64,000 bases of DNA from Gammaproteobacteria bacterium (GCA_965237805.1 OZ250153.1:480001-544000); one strand, 5' to 3'; counted from the first letter of the stretch, positions 27,404 to 37,560 are shown. Made by a program: numbers and translations. The notes: a model not told the origin generated them from the letters alone.

Positions 27404-28198
27404 TCAGAGCGACGGCACTGGCACGGTTATCGATGCCGACTCGACACCGCCGTCGATCTGAACAATCTTGCCCGTCACCCACGAGGCGGCTGGCGAGCTC
27501 AGGTAGAGCGCCCCGGCGGCGATGTCCTCGACCTGCCCCACGCGCCGCATCGGTGTGTTGTCGATAATCTGCTGGCGAATCTTCTCGTCGGTCATCACAA
27601 TATCCAGCGCGGCGGTTGCGATACCGCCGACTGAGATGGCATTGACCCGCACCTTGGGGGCAAACTCCACCGCCATATTGCGTGTCATCATGTTCAACCC
27701 AGCCTTGGCGGCACCATAAGCGACAAAGGATGGCATCGCCATATCGCTACAGCGCGAGGAGATGTTCACCACCGCGCCGCCACCGGCCGTCTCCACCATC
27801 TTCGGCACCACCAGCTTCGTCAGCAGAAAAGCCGAGGTCAGGTTGAAACGCAAGGCCGCCTCGAAAGCAGCCTCGGAAATCTTCAGCGCCGCTTTGGGGG
27901 CGGTGCCGCCCGCATTGTTAACCAACAGCTCGATGCGCCCGAACTCGGCCAGCGCACTGTCCACCAAATGCTCCAGCTGCTCGCGCACCGTCACATCGCA
28001 GGCCACGGCCAAACCGCGCCGCCCGCGCTCGCACACAGCAGCCACCGTGGCATCGATGTCGCTCTGCGTACGCGCCGCGCACACCACATCAGCACCGGCC
28101 TCGGCAAAAGCCAACGCGATGCCACGACCGATGCCTTGACCAGCACCGGTGACAATGGCCACTTTGTCCGTCAGTTTGAACTGATCCAATATCGTCAT
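27404..28198 (-). CDS. SDR oxidoreductase (7-alpha-HSDH-like), tandem copy 1
   Basis: TGAGQGIG, NNAGG and YGAAK. Confidence 0.88.
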   Translation of the reverse strand: MTILDQFKLTDKVAIVTGAGQGIGRGIALAFAEAGADVVCAARTQSDIDATVAAVCERGRRGLAVACDVTVREQLEHLVDSALAEFGRIELLVNNAGGTAPKAALKISEAAFEAALRFNLTSAFLLTKLVVPKMVETAGGGAVVNISSRCSDMAMPSFVAYGAAKAGLNMMTRNMAVEFAPKVRVNAISVGGIATAALDIVMTDEKIRQQIIDNTPMRRVGQVEDIAAGALYLSSPAASWVTGKIVQIDGGVESASITVPVPSL

Positions 28199-28296
28199 CG
28201 CTCTGCACTCCTGCTATCGCGTCACCACTGGCAGTCGCCAGCATTCCCGGCTGCCGCCCCTTGCGGCCACACCCATCAATTCATTGAGCGAGGCCT

Positions 28297-29358
28297 TCAG
28301 CCCCGCAACGACGGCGCGGCGCGCCCGGCCACCAGCGGCAAATCCAAATAGCTGCAAAGGCCAGGGCTGGCCGCGCAGACATAGGGGATACTGTTGACAC
28401 AGTGCATCGCCGTGGCGACGATACCGTTGTTGCGCTCCAAGCCAGCCGCGATGCTGCTCGGATGCGTGCCGTGGTACACCGCCTCCAAATCGGGATCCCC
28501 CCTGACTTCCACTTCGTAGCGTTGTCCCCGCTCGCCGAAACCCCACGGCGCATCGTAGCCCTCCTCGCCCATCAGCCAATTGACGATGGCCTCGATGACC
28601 GGCTCGCCGCCGCGCAACCCCTGCCACACAAAACGCTGAGCGGCAACATGACCCGGCTCGATGGTGCCGATTGGCGTCGAGGTGATCGGCACCGTGGCGA
28701 GCGCCAACTCGTGCACAGTGTTCATACCGTCCAAGGGCAGCTGCAACTCGTCGGCAACCATCTGGATGGACTGGTAGAAACCCGCGGCCAAGAAGGCCCC
28801 CATCGGGCTGGCCTTGGCCTCCGCCTCAGTCTTGCCAAACAGCATCATCTCGCCGACGATGTCGGGAGCGCCGTAGCTGCGGATATCGGAAAACTCCTCG
28901 GAGCGCACATAGCTGGTCGCCCCCTGTAGCGCTGTCAATTGCAACGGCAGACGCTCGGTAAAGCCGCCGGGGTGAATGCCGGTTCCGTGCAACACCGCAC
29001 TGCCTTTCAGACAGGCCGCCTCCAGCTTCTCTGCTCGCTTGACGCGCCCCTTGTAGAACCAGCCCAGAGGTGACACCACATGCTTGCCCGCCTCCAGCAA
29101 GGCGACCACTTCGTCCTCATTGGGAAAAGCTGGCGCATAGAGCACGCAGTCGGCCTCCATGGCGAGGATCTCCTCCTGGGAGTCGGTGGCAACCACGCCG
29201 ATCGGGGCGAGGCCAGCCAACTCGCCAGCATCCTTGCCCACCTTGTCGGCGCTGTGCACCCAACAGCCGGCCAATTCCAAATCGGGGTGTGCCACCACGC
29301 CCTCTATCGCCGCCCGACCGACACCGCCAGTCGCCCATTGGATCACTCGATATGTCAT
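28297..29358 (-). CDS. DapB-like NAD(P)-dependent oxidoreductase (amine dehydrogenase-like)
   Basis: RVIQWATGGVG Rossmann start, GTGIHPG and ATAMHCVNSIP motifs; CAGGAG RBS. Confidence 0.8.
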   Translation of the reverse strand: MTYRVIQWATGGVGRAAIEGVVAHPDLELAGCWVHSADKVGKDAGELAGLAPIGVVATDSQEEILAMEADCVLYAPAFPNEDEVVALLEAGKHVVSPLGWFYKGRVKRAEKLEAACLKGSAVLHGTGIHPGGFTERLPLQLTALQGATSYVRSEEFSDIRSYGAPDIVGEMMLFGKTEAEAKASPMGAFLAAGFYQSIQMVADELQLPLDGMNTVHELALATVPITSTPIGTIEPGHVAAQRFVWQGLRGGEPVIEAIVNWLMGEEGYDAPWGFGERGQRYEVEVRGDPDLEAVYHGTHPSSIAAGLERNNGIVATAMHCVNSIPYVCAASPGLCSYLDLPLVAGRAAPSLRG

Positions 29359-29709
29359 CGCCATGCACTCCTGCACCAGCCAATTGATCTGATAGCACAA
29401 TTATACTAACGGCTCGGCGTCAATGGCCGCTAGCGCGACTGTCGCACCCGTCAACCCCAGCTGCCAAACACGGCTCTATCGCCGCTCAGTCAGTCAGGCG
29501 GGCTGGCACGGTATGATTCCGGCTCAGGAGCTGCCGCCGAGGAAGCAATCACCCCCGACAGCCCGGTTGGCACGATGTGCCCACCACCCGACATCAATCA
29601 ACAGGATGGAATAAGGCCAAGACCGTCAATAGCAGCATGCTTGTAGCGAGTATTTGCGTTGCTTGAATATACAATCATCTGCTCTCATCCAAGCCTCTCC
29701 CCCGATGCC

Positions 29710-30360
29710 ATGCACAAATTCGTCGCCCTGATTCCGCGCCGCGATGACCGCAGCCGGGAGTTCTTCAGGAATCACTACGAAACCAGCCACGCTCCACTCG
29801 CCATCGAACACATCGAGCATTTCCAATTCAAGAAATATGTGCGCAACCACTTTCTTGCGACCTTGTCCGGCACCGAGCCCAACTTCGATGTCATCTCCGA
29901 GTTCTGGTACGCCGACATGGCCGCCTTGGCGACCGTGGGGGTCTTCTTGGCCGCGCCCGAATCCAAGGTGATTCACGACGACGAAGACCGCTTCATGAAC
30001 AACCCCAAAGTGGTCTCCTCGGAAGTCCGTGAACATTTGATCGGCGGCGAGCCGCGCGGCTTCGACACCGAGCCGGTGGACAAGCTGGCCATCGCCATGC
30101 GTCGCTCGCCCTCTGTGAACGCCGAGGATTTCATCGCCACCACCAGCGCCGCAGCGGCGGAATTGGCCACACAGCACGCTGCCTCACGCGTGATTTTGGA
30201 CGAAGTCTTGGCGGGTGGCGAGGTGCCGTGGGATGCCTTCGTCTACATCTGGTTGGCGGGCGCAGCGGGCGATATCACAGTGCCCCCTGCCTTGCTACAA
30301 CACAGCGCAGAGCATTTCGTCACCACCAGCAAGAGCTACGAGAGCACGCTACCAGCCTGA
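29710..30360 (+). CDS. EthD-domain protein
   Basis: RRDDRSREFFRNHYETSHAPL and FDVISEFWY...DEDRFM pattern. Confidence 0.75.
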   Translation: MHKFVALIPRRDDRSREFFRNHYETSHAPLAIEHIEHFQFKKYVRNHFLATLSGTEPNFDVISEFWYADMAALATVGVFLAAPESKVIHDDEDRFMNNPKVVSSEVREHLIGGEPRGFDTEPVDKLAIAMRRSPSVNAEDFIATTSAAAAELATQHAASRVILDEVLAGGEVPWDAFVYIWLAGAAGDITVPPALLQHSAEHFVTTSKSYESTLPA

Positions 30361-30383
30361 GCGGTGCCAGCAGCTCAGCGACC

Positions 30384-31628
30384 ATGGCTTTCGACTACAA
30401 CCCCATCGACACCGCCGCGCAACGCGACTTCGAGCGCACCGCGCTGGCGGTCTTCGCGCTGCCGGAAGTGGCTGCCGAACGCGCTGAGGCACGCCAATAT
30501 TGGCTCGCTGAGCTCAAGCCCGGCCCGGCATTACAGCGGCGCTTCGATGCAGCCTTCGAGGAAGTCATGTTTGGTGCAACAGTGTGGGCTGTCAACCAAG
30601 ACCCGATGCATCCGGGAGTGTGTACGATCAGCCGCCTCGCGCATCGAGTGGACGGGCTGGCGATCCCCGGCTCGCGCTGGGGCATCGACAACCCCGACTC
30701 GGTCTACCGCGTCATCCCGATCAGCGGCGATCAGCGATACCGCATCCGCGGCAAGGTGGCTGTAGGGCACCGGCTCAGCGAGAACTACTTCACCCTGTGG
30801 GACGGCAATCGCGATACGGTGGCTATGCTGGACGGCAAGGACTTGGCAGTGGCCACCGACGGCTCCTTCGAGATCAGCGTCGATGCCGATGAGGCCGGTG
30901 GTCGACGCAATCATGTGCGCTCCTCTCCCGCCGCGCACCAGTTCTACATCCGCGATGTGTTGCAGAACTGGGGCACGGAGATGATCAACGAGCTGTCGGT
31001 CGAGCGCCTCGGCGGCGGCGACGCCGCCCCCCGCAGCTTGGCAGAACATGCCCGCCAAGCCATCGAATATCAGTGGAGCTTCATGCAGGACACCATCCGC
31101 TGGAATGCCCAAGCGCTGAACAAAGCGGCCAACAGCTTCGATTTCACCATCGACCGCGACACCGACGGCGCACTGCGCAACCAAGTCTACCTACTCGGCC
31201 ACTTCCAACTGGAAGCGGGGCAAGCCCTGCTCATCGATATCAATATGGGTGGTGCCAACTATTTCATCGCACCGATCACCAACCGCTTGGGCACCACCAA
31301 CGAGATCTCTGATCGCTGTGGCAGCCTCAACAAGTCGCAGTCACTGCCCAACGCCGACGGCAGCTACAGCTTCGTCGTCTCGGTCGAAGATCCGGGACAG
31401 CACAACTGGGTCGACCCCAGCGGTATGGACGAGGGCATCCTGACGCTGCGCTGGGCAGCATTCGCCGACGGACAACCCAGCCCCGCACTGTCGGCCCGCT
31501 GCCAGCTGATCGCTGTTAGCAACTTGGCAGGACAACTACCACCGGGCACACCGATGGTCACGCCTGCAGAACGCGCTGACCAACAGCAGCTGCGCGCCAG
31601 CCAATACGCTTGGCGGCTGCTCCCGTAG
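30384..31628 (+). CDS. DUF1214-like hypothetical protein
   Basis: WGIDNPDSVY...YRIRG, DGSFEI, SLN..Q...NADG and DPGQHNWVDP.G...G....RW motifs; paralog of 54335-55636. Confidence 0.65.
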   Translation: MAFDYNPIDTAAQRDFERTALAVFALPEVAAERAEARQYWLAELKPGPALQRRFDAAFEEVMFGATVWAVNQDPMHPGVCTISRLAHRVDGLAIPGSRWGIDNPDSVYRVIPISGDQRYRIRGKVAVGHRLSENYFTLWDGNRDTVAMLDGKDLAVATDGSFEISVDADEAGGRRNHVRSSPAAHQFYIRDVLQNWGTEMINELSVERLGGGDAAPRSLAEHARQAIEYQWSFMQDTIRWNAQALNKAANSFDFTIDRDTDGALRNQVYLLGHFQLEAGQALLIDINMGGANYFIAPITNRLGTTNEISDRCGSLNKSQSLPNADGSYSFVVSVEDPGQHNWVDPSGMDEGILTLRWAAFADGQPSPALSARCQLIAVSNLAGQLPPGTPMVTPAERADQQQLRASQYAWRLLP

Positions 31629-31699
31629 CGGATCGCGCTGCACACTGGCGACACGACTGGAGGAACGCCCCGCCATGACCGCCACAGCACCCCACAAAG

Positions 31700-31857
31700 T
31701 GTGGTGTCTCAGTGTGGGGTTGACGGCTGGGTAAATGATGGCCACGGAGCCTGCTTAGAAGCGGTGGAGGATGCCTTTGGTGACGATGTAGACTATGCCC
31801 AATTGGTCAAGCTCTACGGCGCACCACACGTGGCGTCGAGACGGGTGCCACACTGCC
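31700..31857 (+). mobile_element. Degenerate IS1-family-like transposase relic
   Basis: 31737-31826 translates to DGHGACLEAVEDAFGDDVDYAQLVKLYGAP, matching the (T/S)DGHxAYLEAVExAFGxDxDYAxLVKLYG segment recalled for IS1-like DDE transposases. No full ORF; the ends only loosely resemble terminal repeats. Confidence 0.6.
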
Positions 31858-31890
31858 TCATTGTCATCCACCAGCGGAGACCGCCATACC

Positions 31891-32757
31891 ATGACCGACC
31901 AATCCCCCCGCAAAACTTGGCTCATCACCGGTTGCTCGACCGGCTTCGGTCGCGCGACCTCGCTGGCCGCATTGGCGGCTGGCCACCGCGTCGTCGTCAC
32001 CGCACGCCGTGAGGAAACGGTGGCGGACATCGTCACCCAATACCCCGAACTGGCCACCTCCACAACGCTGGATGTCACCGAGCCCGCGCAGATCGCCGCG
32101 GCCGTAGACCTCGCCATCCGGCACTTCGGCCAGCTCGATGTACTGGTCAACAATGCTGGCTACGGCTATCTGGCCGCCATTGAGGAGGGCGACGAGGCCG
32201 AGGTGCGGGCCATGTTCGAGACCAACTTCTTCGGCCTGCTGGCGATGACCAAGGCCGTGCTGCCACATATGCGCGCGCAGCGCTCGGGCACCATCATCAA
32301 CATCTCCTCACAGGCCGGGCTGATCGCCAACCCCACCACTGGCTATTACAGCAGTAGCAAATACGCGGTCGAGGCACTGAGCGAGTCGCTGGGCAAGGAG
32401 GTGGCCGCGCTGGGCATCCATGTCTGCGCTGTGGAGCCGGGCCTGTTCAAAACCGATTGGACGGGGCGCTCGATGAAGCTGGTCTCAAACCCGATCCCCG
32501 ACTACGCTGAGGTCGCTGGCACCCGCCGCGAGATGATCGTCGGCATGAACGGCAAGGAGCCGGGCGATCCCAAAAAAGCGGCCGCCGCCATCCTGATGCT
32601 GGGCGAGAGCGACTCGCCGCCACCGCAGCTGTTGCTGGGGCGCATGGTGCTGGACGCCTACCGCGACAAACTCGCCACCGCCCACCAACGGCTCGACGAA
32701 TGGGAACAGCTGAGCTTGGATGCGGATTTTCCAGACTGCCAGCAACAGCCCAGCTGA
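31891..32757 (+). CDS. SDR oxidoreductase
   Basis: WLITGCSTGFG, NNAGYG and YSSSK. Confidence 0.9.
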   Translation: MTDQSPRKTWLITGCSTGFGRATSLAALAAGHRVVVTARREETVADIVTQYPELATSTTLDVTEPAQIAAAVDLAIRHFGQLDVLVNNAGYGYLAAIEEGDEAEVRAMFETNFFGLLAMTKAVLPHMRAQRSGTIINISSQAGLIANPTTGYYSSSKYAVEALSESLGKEVAALGIHVCAVEPGLFKTDWTGRSMKLVSNPIPDYAEVAGTRREMIVGMNGKEPGDPKKAAAAILMLGESDSPPPQLLLGRMVLDAYRDKLATAHQRLDEWEQLSLDADFPDCQQQPS

Positions 32758-32785
32758 ATCCAGCAGCTGGCGGCGCTGCTCCCTA

Positions 32786-33769
32786 TCAGTCGCGCAGCTC
32801 GCCGAGGTATGCCAGCAACAGCCGGTTGAGCTCGGCAGACTTTTCCAGCTGTACCATGTGGCCACCGTCCGCGATCATGTCAACGCGGCGCGTATCGGGA
32901 AATTGCCGGCGGAACAGCTGGATCGGATCCGCGCCGTGGAAGCCCTCCAAGTCGGCATCGCGCTCGCTGCCGATGAAGTAGGCCGGCACCGGGCTGGTCT
33001 TGCCCTCATAGGGGCGGCGCTGCTCCCATTTCAGATCCATTGAGCGGTACCAGTTGAGGCCACCAGTGAAGCCGCTGCGCGCGTATTCGTTGACGAAGAA
33101 CTCCAGCTCCAGCTCGCTGAGCCAGCTCCACGGCAACGGCGGCGGCTCGGGTAGCGCTGCCAAGTACGGCGTGCCGGGGGGGTGTTTCCAGACATCCAAG
33201 TAGTGGTAGTCACCGCTCAGAGCGTAGAACACCTTGCTGAGGAACTCCCGCGGGCTGGCATCCAGCGCGGCATCGGCTGGCCCCACCGGGCGGAAGTACT
33301 CGATGTGCACAAAGTGCTGCTCAGCCAGCTCGGCGTACTCGACCAGCGGCGGCTTGTCGGGATTATGCGGGGCGGCAGGGTTCTCCAAGCCGATCACGCC
33401 CAGCACCTTGTCGGGGTGGCGCATGGCGAAGTCATAAACGGCAAAAGCACCGAAATCCAAGCCGACAAAGACCGCCTTCTCCTCGCCAGCGTGCGCCAAC
33501 AGGCCGAGCAGATCTAAAGTCACGGCATCGACCCCGTAGCCAGCGGCATCAAGCGGCCCCTCGCTCTGACCCATGCCGCGCATATCCGGGGCGATGGCTC
33601 GGTAGCCAGCCCCGGCCAGCGCATGCATCTGACGGTGCCAGCTGAACCAAATATGCGGGAAGCCGTGGCAGAACACCACCGGCATGCCCTCCCCCCGTGC
33701 GGCACCTTCTTCTACATAGTGCATCGGGATGCCGTTGATGTCGGCGTGATGATGTGTCCAATTGGCCAT
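32786..33769 (-). CDS. Epoxide hydrolase (alpha/beta hydrolase, EphA-like)
   Basis: HGFP oxyanion motif, PDMRGMG, GLDFG nucleophile Asp, GGLNWYR and GHMVQLE. Confidence 0.88.
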   Translation of the reverse strand: MANWTHHHADINGIPMHYVEEGAARGEGMPVVFCHGFPHIWFSWHRQMHALAGAGYRAIAPDMRGMGQSEGPLDAAGYGVDAVTLDLLGLLAHAGEEKAVFVGLDFGAFAVYDFAMRHPDKVLGVIGLENPAAPHNPDKPPLVEYAELAEQHFVHIEYFRPVGPADAALDASPREFLSKVFYALSGDYHYLDVWKHPPGTPYLAALPEPPPLPWSWLSELELEFFVNEYARSGFTGGLNWYRSMDLKWEQRRPYEGKTSPVPAYFIGSERDADLEGFHGADPIQLFRRQFPDTRRVDMIADGGHMVQLEKSAELNRLLLAYLGELRD

Positions 33770-34075
33770 TGGCGTACCCGCTGTGGCGGGAGGTCGATCG
33801 CTTGCGGCTCAATATATCAGAAGTGACCAGCGTGCCGGACCGCGGATAGACGCTGAGGAAATGGCCATATAGGCCGTGCGGGTGCCGGAGCCTGCGCTGA
33901 GGGTCGCGCCAATGGCGACAGCGCGCCAGCGCTGGATCGATGCCCCAACCGTCATGGCCACTCAGCGCCCGCGCACAGCTCGGTGGCATGGCCGAGGCCT
34001 GCTCAGGAGCGCCCATCGCAAAGACAGCGACCGATCACACCAAGCCCCCGTCTATTTGGGCATAATGGGCTGAGC

Positions 34076-34762
34076 ATGAAAGCCTTGATCCACTTGGTGC
34101 CGCGTTGTGGGAATCACTCTGAGTCGGCCTTCGAGCAGCGCTTTACCGAGCTCTGCGCCGAGCTGCGCGGGGCGGCTCCGACCGGGGTGCGCGTCCACGC
34201 CATGCGGCGCATCGCGATGGAACAGGCACCGATCGGCCCCGACACGCCCTACCAAGGCACACTGGAGTTGCTCGGCGCAGGCGGCCCCGAGAACTTCGCC
34301 CCACTACTCGACGGGCTGGGCGAGCACATTGAGGCGTGGTGTCTGTCCGATGCCTGCACCCTACTGCTGGGCGAAGACCATGCCCTGCGCCCCAGCGAGC
34401 AGGCACCGATACGCTACCAATACCTGATGCGCCGCAACGGCCACTTCAGCCGCCAGCAATACCTCAGCCGCTACCTTGAAGTGCACGCGCGCTTCGGCGT
34501 CGAGTGCCCGGGCATCGTCGGCTATGTACAGTTCCATGTCGATGCCGATGCCTCGCGGCGCTGGGCGGCGCGGGCCGCTCTCGGCCTGTGGGGCGTGGAC
34601 AGTGTCTCCGAGCTGCACATCGCCTCGCTGGAGCTGTTCTTCGCCGAGACGATGACATCGGAGCTCGGTCGTGAGGCGCTGGCGGACGAGGAACTCTTCG
34701 TCGACCGCAGCCACTCACAGGATTTCATTTCCACCATGGATTGGCAGCAGGCCCCCAGCTGA
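34076..34762 (+). CDS. EthD-domain protein
   Basis: LMRRNGHFSRQQYLSRYLEVHARF...YVQFH...DSVSEL...DEELFVD pattern. Confidence 0.65.
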   Translation: MKALIHLVPRCGNHSESAFEQRFTELCAELRGAAPTGVRVHAMRRIAMEQAPIGPDTPYQGTLELLGAGGPENFAPLLDGLGEHIEAWCLSDACTLLLGEDHALRPSEQAPIRYQYLMRRNGHFSRQQYLSRYLEVHARFGVECPGIVGYVQFHVDADASRRWAARAALGLWGVDSVSELHIASLELFFAETMTSELGREALADEELFVDRSHSQDFISTMDWQQAPS

Positions 34763-34789
34763 GGCGGCGCAGCGACGACGAGGATCATC

Positions 34790-35683
34790 ATGCTCTCTCC
34801 TGACTTCAAGCAGAAATACGGCCCGTGGGCGGTCATCGCCGGTGGCTCGGACGGTATCGGCGCGGCCTTCGCCGAGCAGCTGGCCGCCGCCGGCATCCAC
34901 ATCGCATTGCTGGCGCGACGCGAAGAAGTGTTGCGCGAATGCGCCGCTGGCCTGCGCGCGCGCCACGGTGTTCACACGCACACGGTGTCGGTGGATCTCG
35001 CCGCCCCGGATATGGGCGAGCGCATCGCCGCCGCCACCGCCGAGCTCGAGCTCGGCTTGCTGATCTACAACGCCGGCGCATCGACCCACGCCAAGCGCTT
35101 CCTCGACCAGCCGCTGGCCGACTCCGAGTACATGGTGGCACTGAACTGCACTGGGCCGATCAAACTCGCGCACCACTTTGGCGGCCTGATGCGTCCACGA
35201 CGGCGCGGCGGCATGATCTTCCTCAGCTCGATGGCCGGACTGGCTGGCTGCGCCTATGAAGTCGCTTACTCGGCGGGCAAAGCCTTCGACAAGATCTTCG
35301 CAGAGGCGCTGTGGGCCGATCTGCAAGCCGACGGCATCGATGCCTTGGGACTCATCGTCGGCGCCACTTTCACCCCCTCGCACGAGCGCGCGGATGTCAA
35401 CTTTGCCGTGCTGAACCCCGACAATCCGGCCAAGGCCGCCATGCAACCGGCAGCGGTGGCCAGCGAGGGCTTGGCGCACTTGGGCAGGACACCAGTGTGG
35501 GTGGCTGGCGCGGGCAACCGCGCCAGCTTTCCCTTCATGAACGGTGCCGACCGCAGCGCCGCCATCAACGCCATGAGCCAGGGCACCGCGATGATCCATG
35601 GCTTGGAGCACAGCGCCGCTACCGCCTTGGAGCCGCTGTTGGCCGACGCGCCGCCGACCACGCCGCCCGACTGGAGCGGCTGA
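34790..35683 (+). CDS. SDR oxidoreductase
   Basis: YGPWAVIAGGSDGIG, YNAG and YSAGK. Confidence 0.88.
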   Translation: MLSPDFKQKYGPWAVIAGGSDGIGAAFAEQLAAAGIHIALLARREEVLRECAAGLRARHGVHTHTVSVDLAAPDMGERIAAATAELELGLLIYNAGASTHAKRFLDQPLADSEYMVALNCTGPIKLAHHFGGLMRPRRRGGMIFLSSMAGLAGCAYEVAYSAGKAFDKIFAEALWADLQADGIDALGLIVGATFTPSHERADVNFAVLNPDNPAKAAMQPAAVASEGLAHLGRTPVWVAGAGNRASFPFMNGADRSAAINAMSQGTAMIHGLEHSAATALEPLLADAPPTTPPDWSG

Positions 35684-35829
35684 GGCGAGTCGGGCCGAAG
35701 CGGAGTCGGCCGAGCCCGCCATCGCAGAGTATCATTGCCGACAGACAGGGCGGCTGTGGCGGGCATCCGCCTCTTTAAGGCATCCTGTAAAGCGCTGAAC
35801 ACACTGAAGACGATACAGCCAGCCGCAAG

Positions 35830-37008
35830 ATGACAGTCCGCCCCGATATAAAACCCGCCATGCTGCGCTGGGCCCGGAAGCGTGCCCGGATAGGGGCGTC
35901 TGAGCTTGCTCACAAGTTTGGCAAGCTGAAGGCATGGGAGTCGGGAGAGGTGATCCCCACATTGCGCCAGCTGGAGCAATTCGCCAATGCCGTGCACGTG
36001 CCGGTCGGCTATCTGTTCCTGCCCACACCACCGGAAGAGGCATTGCCGATCGCCGATTTCCGCACCATGGCGGGACGTCCCTTGTCCCGGCCCAGCCCCA
36101 ATCTGCTTGATACGCTCTACCTGTGCCAGGAACGGCAAGCTTGGTACCGCGAGTTCGCTCTGACGACGCAGCAACCCAAGCGGCGCTTCGTCGGTAGCGC
36201 CACGACTGCAGCATCGGCAGTGAAAATCGCACGGGCTATGAGTCAAGAGCTTGGGTTCAACCTCACCGCGCGCATGGAATGCACAACTTGGGAGGAGGCG
36301 TTGCGGATGTTCATCCGCAACGCTGACCAAGCCGGAGCGCTGGTGATGATTTCCGGTGTTGTGTCGACGCAAAACCGCCGCCAGCTGGATCCAGAGGAGT
36401 TCCGCGGCTTCGCATTGGCTGACCCCCATGCGCCGCTGGTCTTCATCAACGGTGCGGACACCAAATCTGGCCAGATGTTTACGCTGGCGCACGAGCTGGC
36501 ACACCTGTGGCTGGGCAGCTCGGCACTGTCCAGCGCGGGCACAGCGCCAGCATCAGCACCAACAGAAGAAGTCTGGTGCAACAAAGTGGCAGCAGAACTG
36601 CTCGTACCGCTGGATGCCTTGCGAGGGGCACTCAGGCAGGATGAGGATCCAGATAACGCAATGCGGCGGCTTGCAAGGGGCTTCAAGGTCAGCACCTTGG
36701 TGATTCTGCGACGGTTGCTCGATGCGCAAGTGCTCAATCGCACCGACTTCGATACGAAATGGCAAGCCGAAAGTGAACTCCTACGAAACAAAATGGCGGG
36801 GAAAGGAAAGTCGGGCGGAGATTTCTATCGCACCACTTGGAGCCGTGCCGGTCTACGATTCACAAGCGCGCTGGTCAGAAGCACACTCGAAGGCCATACG
36901 CTCTACCGTGATGCCTTCCGTATGCTGGGCGTGGCTAAGGCTGAGACATTACACAAAATGGAGGGGAAATTAGAGGGTAGGCAACGGGCATTAGAAGGCC
37001 GGCCATGA
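35830..37008 (+). CDS. XRE-HTH + ImmA/IrrE (M78) metallopeptidase
   Basis: N-terminal HTH (LRWARKR...WESGEVIPTLRQL), FRGFAL, FTLAHELAHLW (HExxH) and E.WCNKVAAELL. Confidence 0.9.
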   Translation: MTVRPDIKPAMLRWARKRARIGASELAHKFGKLKAWESGEVIPTLRQLEQFANAVHVPVGYLFLPTPPEEALPIADFRTMAGRPLSRPSPNLLDTLYLCQERQAWYREFALTTQQPKRRFVGSATTAASAVKIARAMSQELGFNLTARMECTTWEEALRMFIRNADQAGALVMISGVVSTQNRRQLDPEEFRGFALADPHAPLVFINGADTKSGQMFTLAHELAHLWLGSSALSSAGTAPASAPTEEVWCNKVAAELLVPLDALRGALRQDEDPDNAMRRLARGFKVSTLVILRRLLDAQVLNRTDFDTKWQAESELLRNKMAGKGKSGGDFYRTTWSRAGLRFTSALVRSTLEGHTLYRDAFRMLGVAKAETLHKMEGKLEGRQRALEGRP

Positions 37009-37486
37009 CCCGATACCTGCTCGACACCAATGTATTTATAGAAGCCAAGAACAGGTATTACAGCTTCGACATCTGCCCTGCTTTCTGGGGCTGGCTGGCA
37101 GCCGCAAGCAAAACAAAAACTGTCGCCAGCATCAAGCGGTTTTCTGGGAATTGCAGCAAGGTGATGACTGGCTTGCTCAGTGGACGAAGAATCACAAAAA
37201 ATTGTTCTTGAGAATAGACAACGCAACCACAAAGCAATGCGGTCAGATCATCTCTTGGGCTATAGACAACTACAATCAAGAAGCCCACAATAAATTTGCC
37301 ACTAGTGCAGACTCTTTGCTAGTGTCCTATGCGCTAGCACATGACTACACGGTCGTCACCCAAGAGAAGCCGGGCAAGCGCAAGGAGATCAAGATCCCTG
37401 ATGTCTGCAAAAAATATGGCATCAGATACATGGATACATTTCAGATGCTTGAACGCGAAGACGTGCGCTTCGTACTGGACAGATAA
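37005..37486 (+). pseudogene. DUF4411 (PIN-like) protein interrupted by a -1 frameshift near 37135
   Basis: Frame 1 reads MTRYLLDTNVFIEAKNRYYSFDICPAFW...VASI. The sequence continues in the -1 frame as AVFWELQQGDDWL...ADSLLVSYA...VVTQE...IKIPDVC. Confidence 0.8.
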
Positions 37487-37560
37487 TGCACCGCGATGAG
37501 ATATTCGAACAACGTGGCGGGCAGCAGGGCATGTCGCCTAACCGAGGCCGCTGACTAAGC

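Noticed and set aside
29500-29585. Two TGGCACG motifs suggesting sigma54 promoters
   Set aside because: Neither has the TTGC -12 element at the required spacing.
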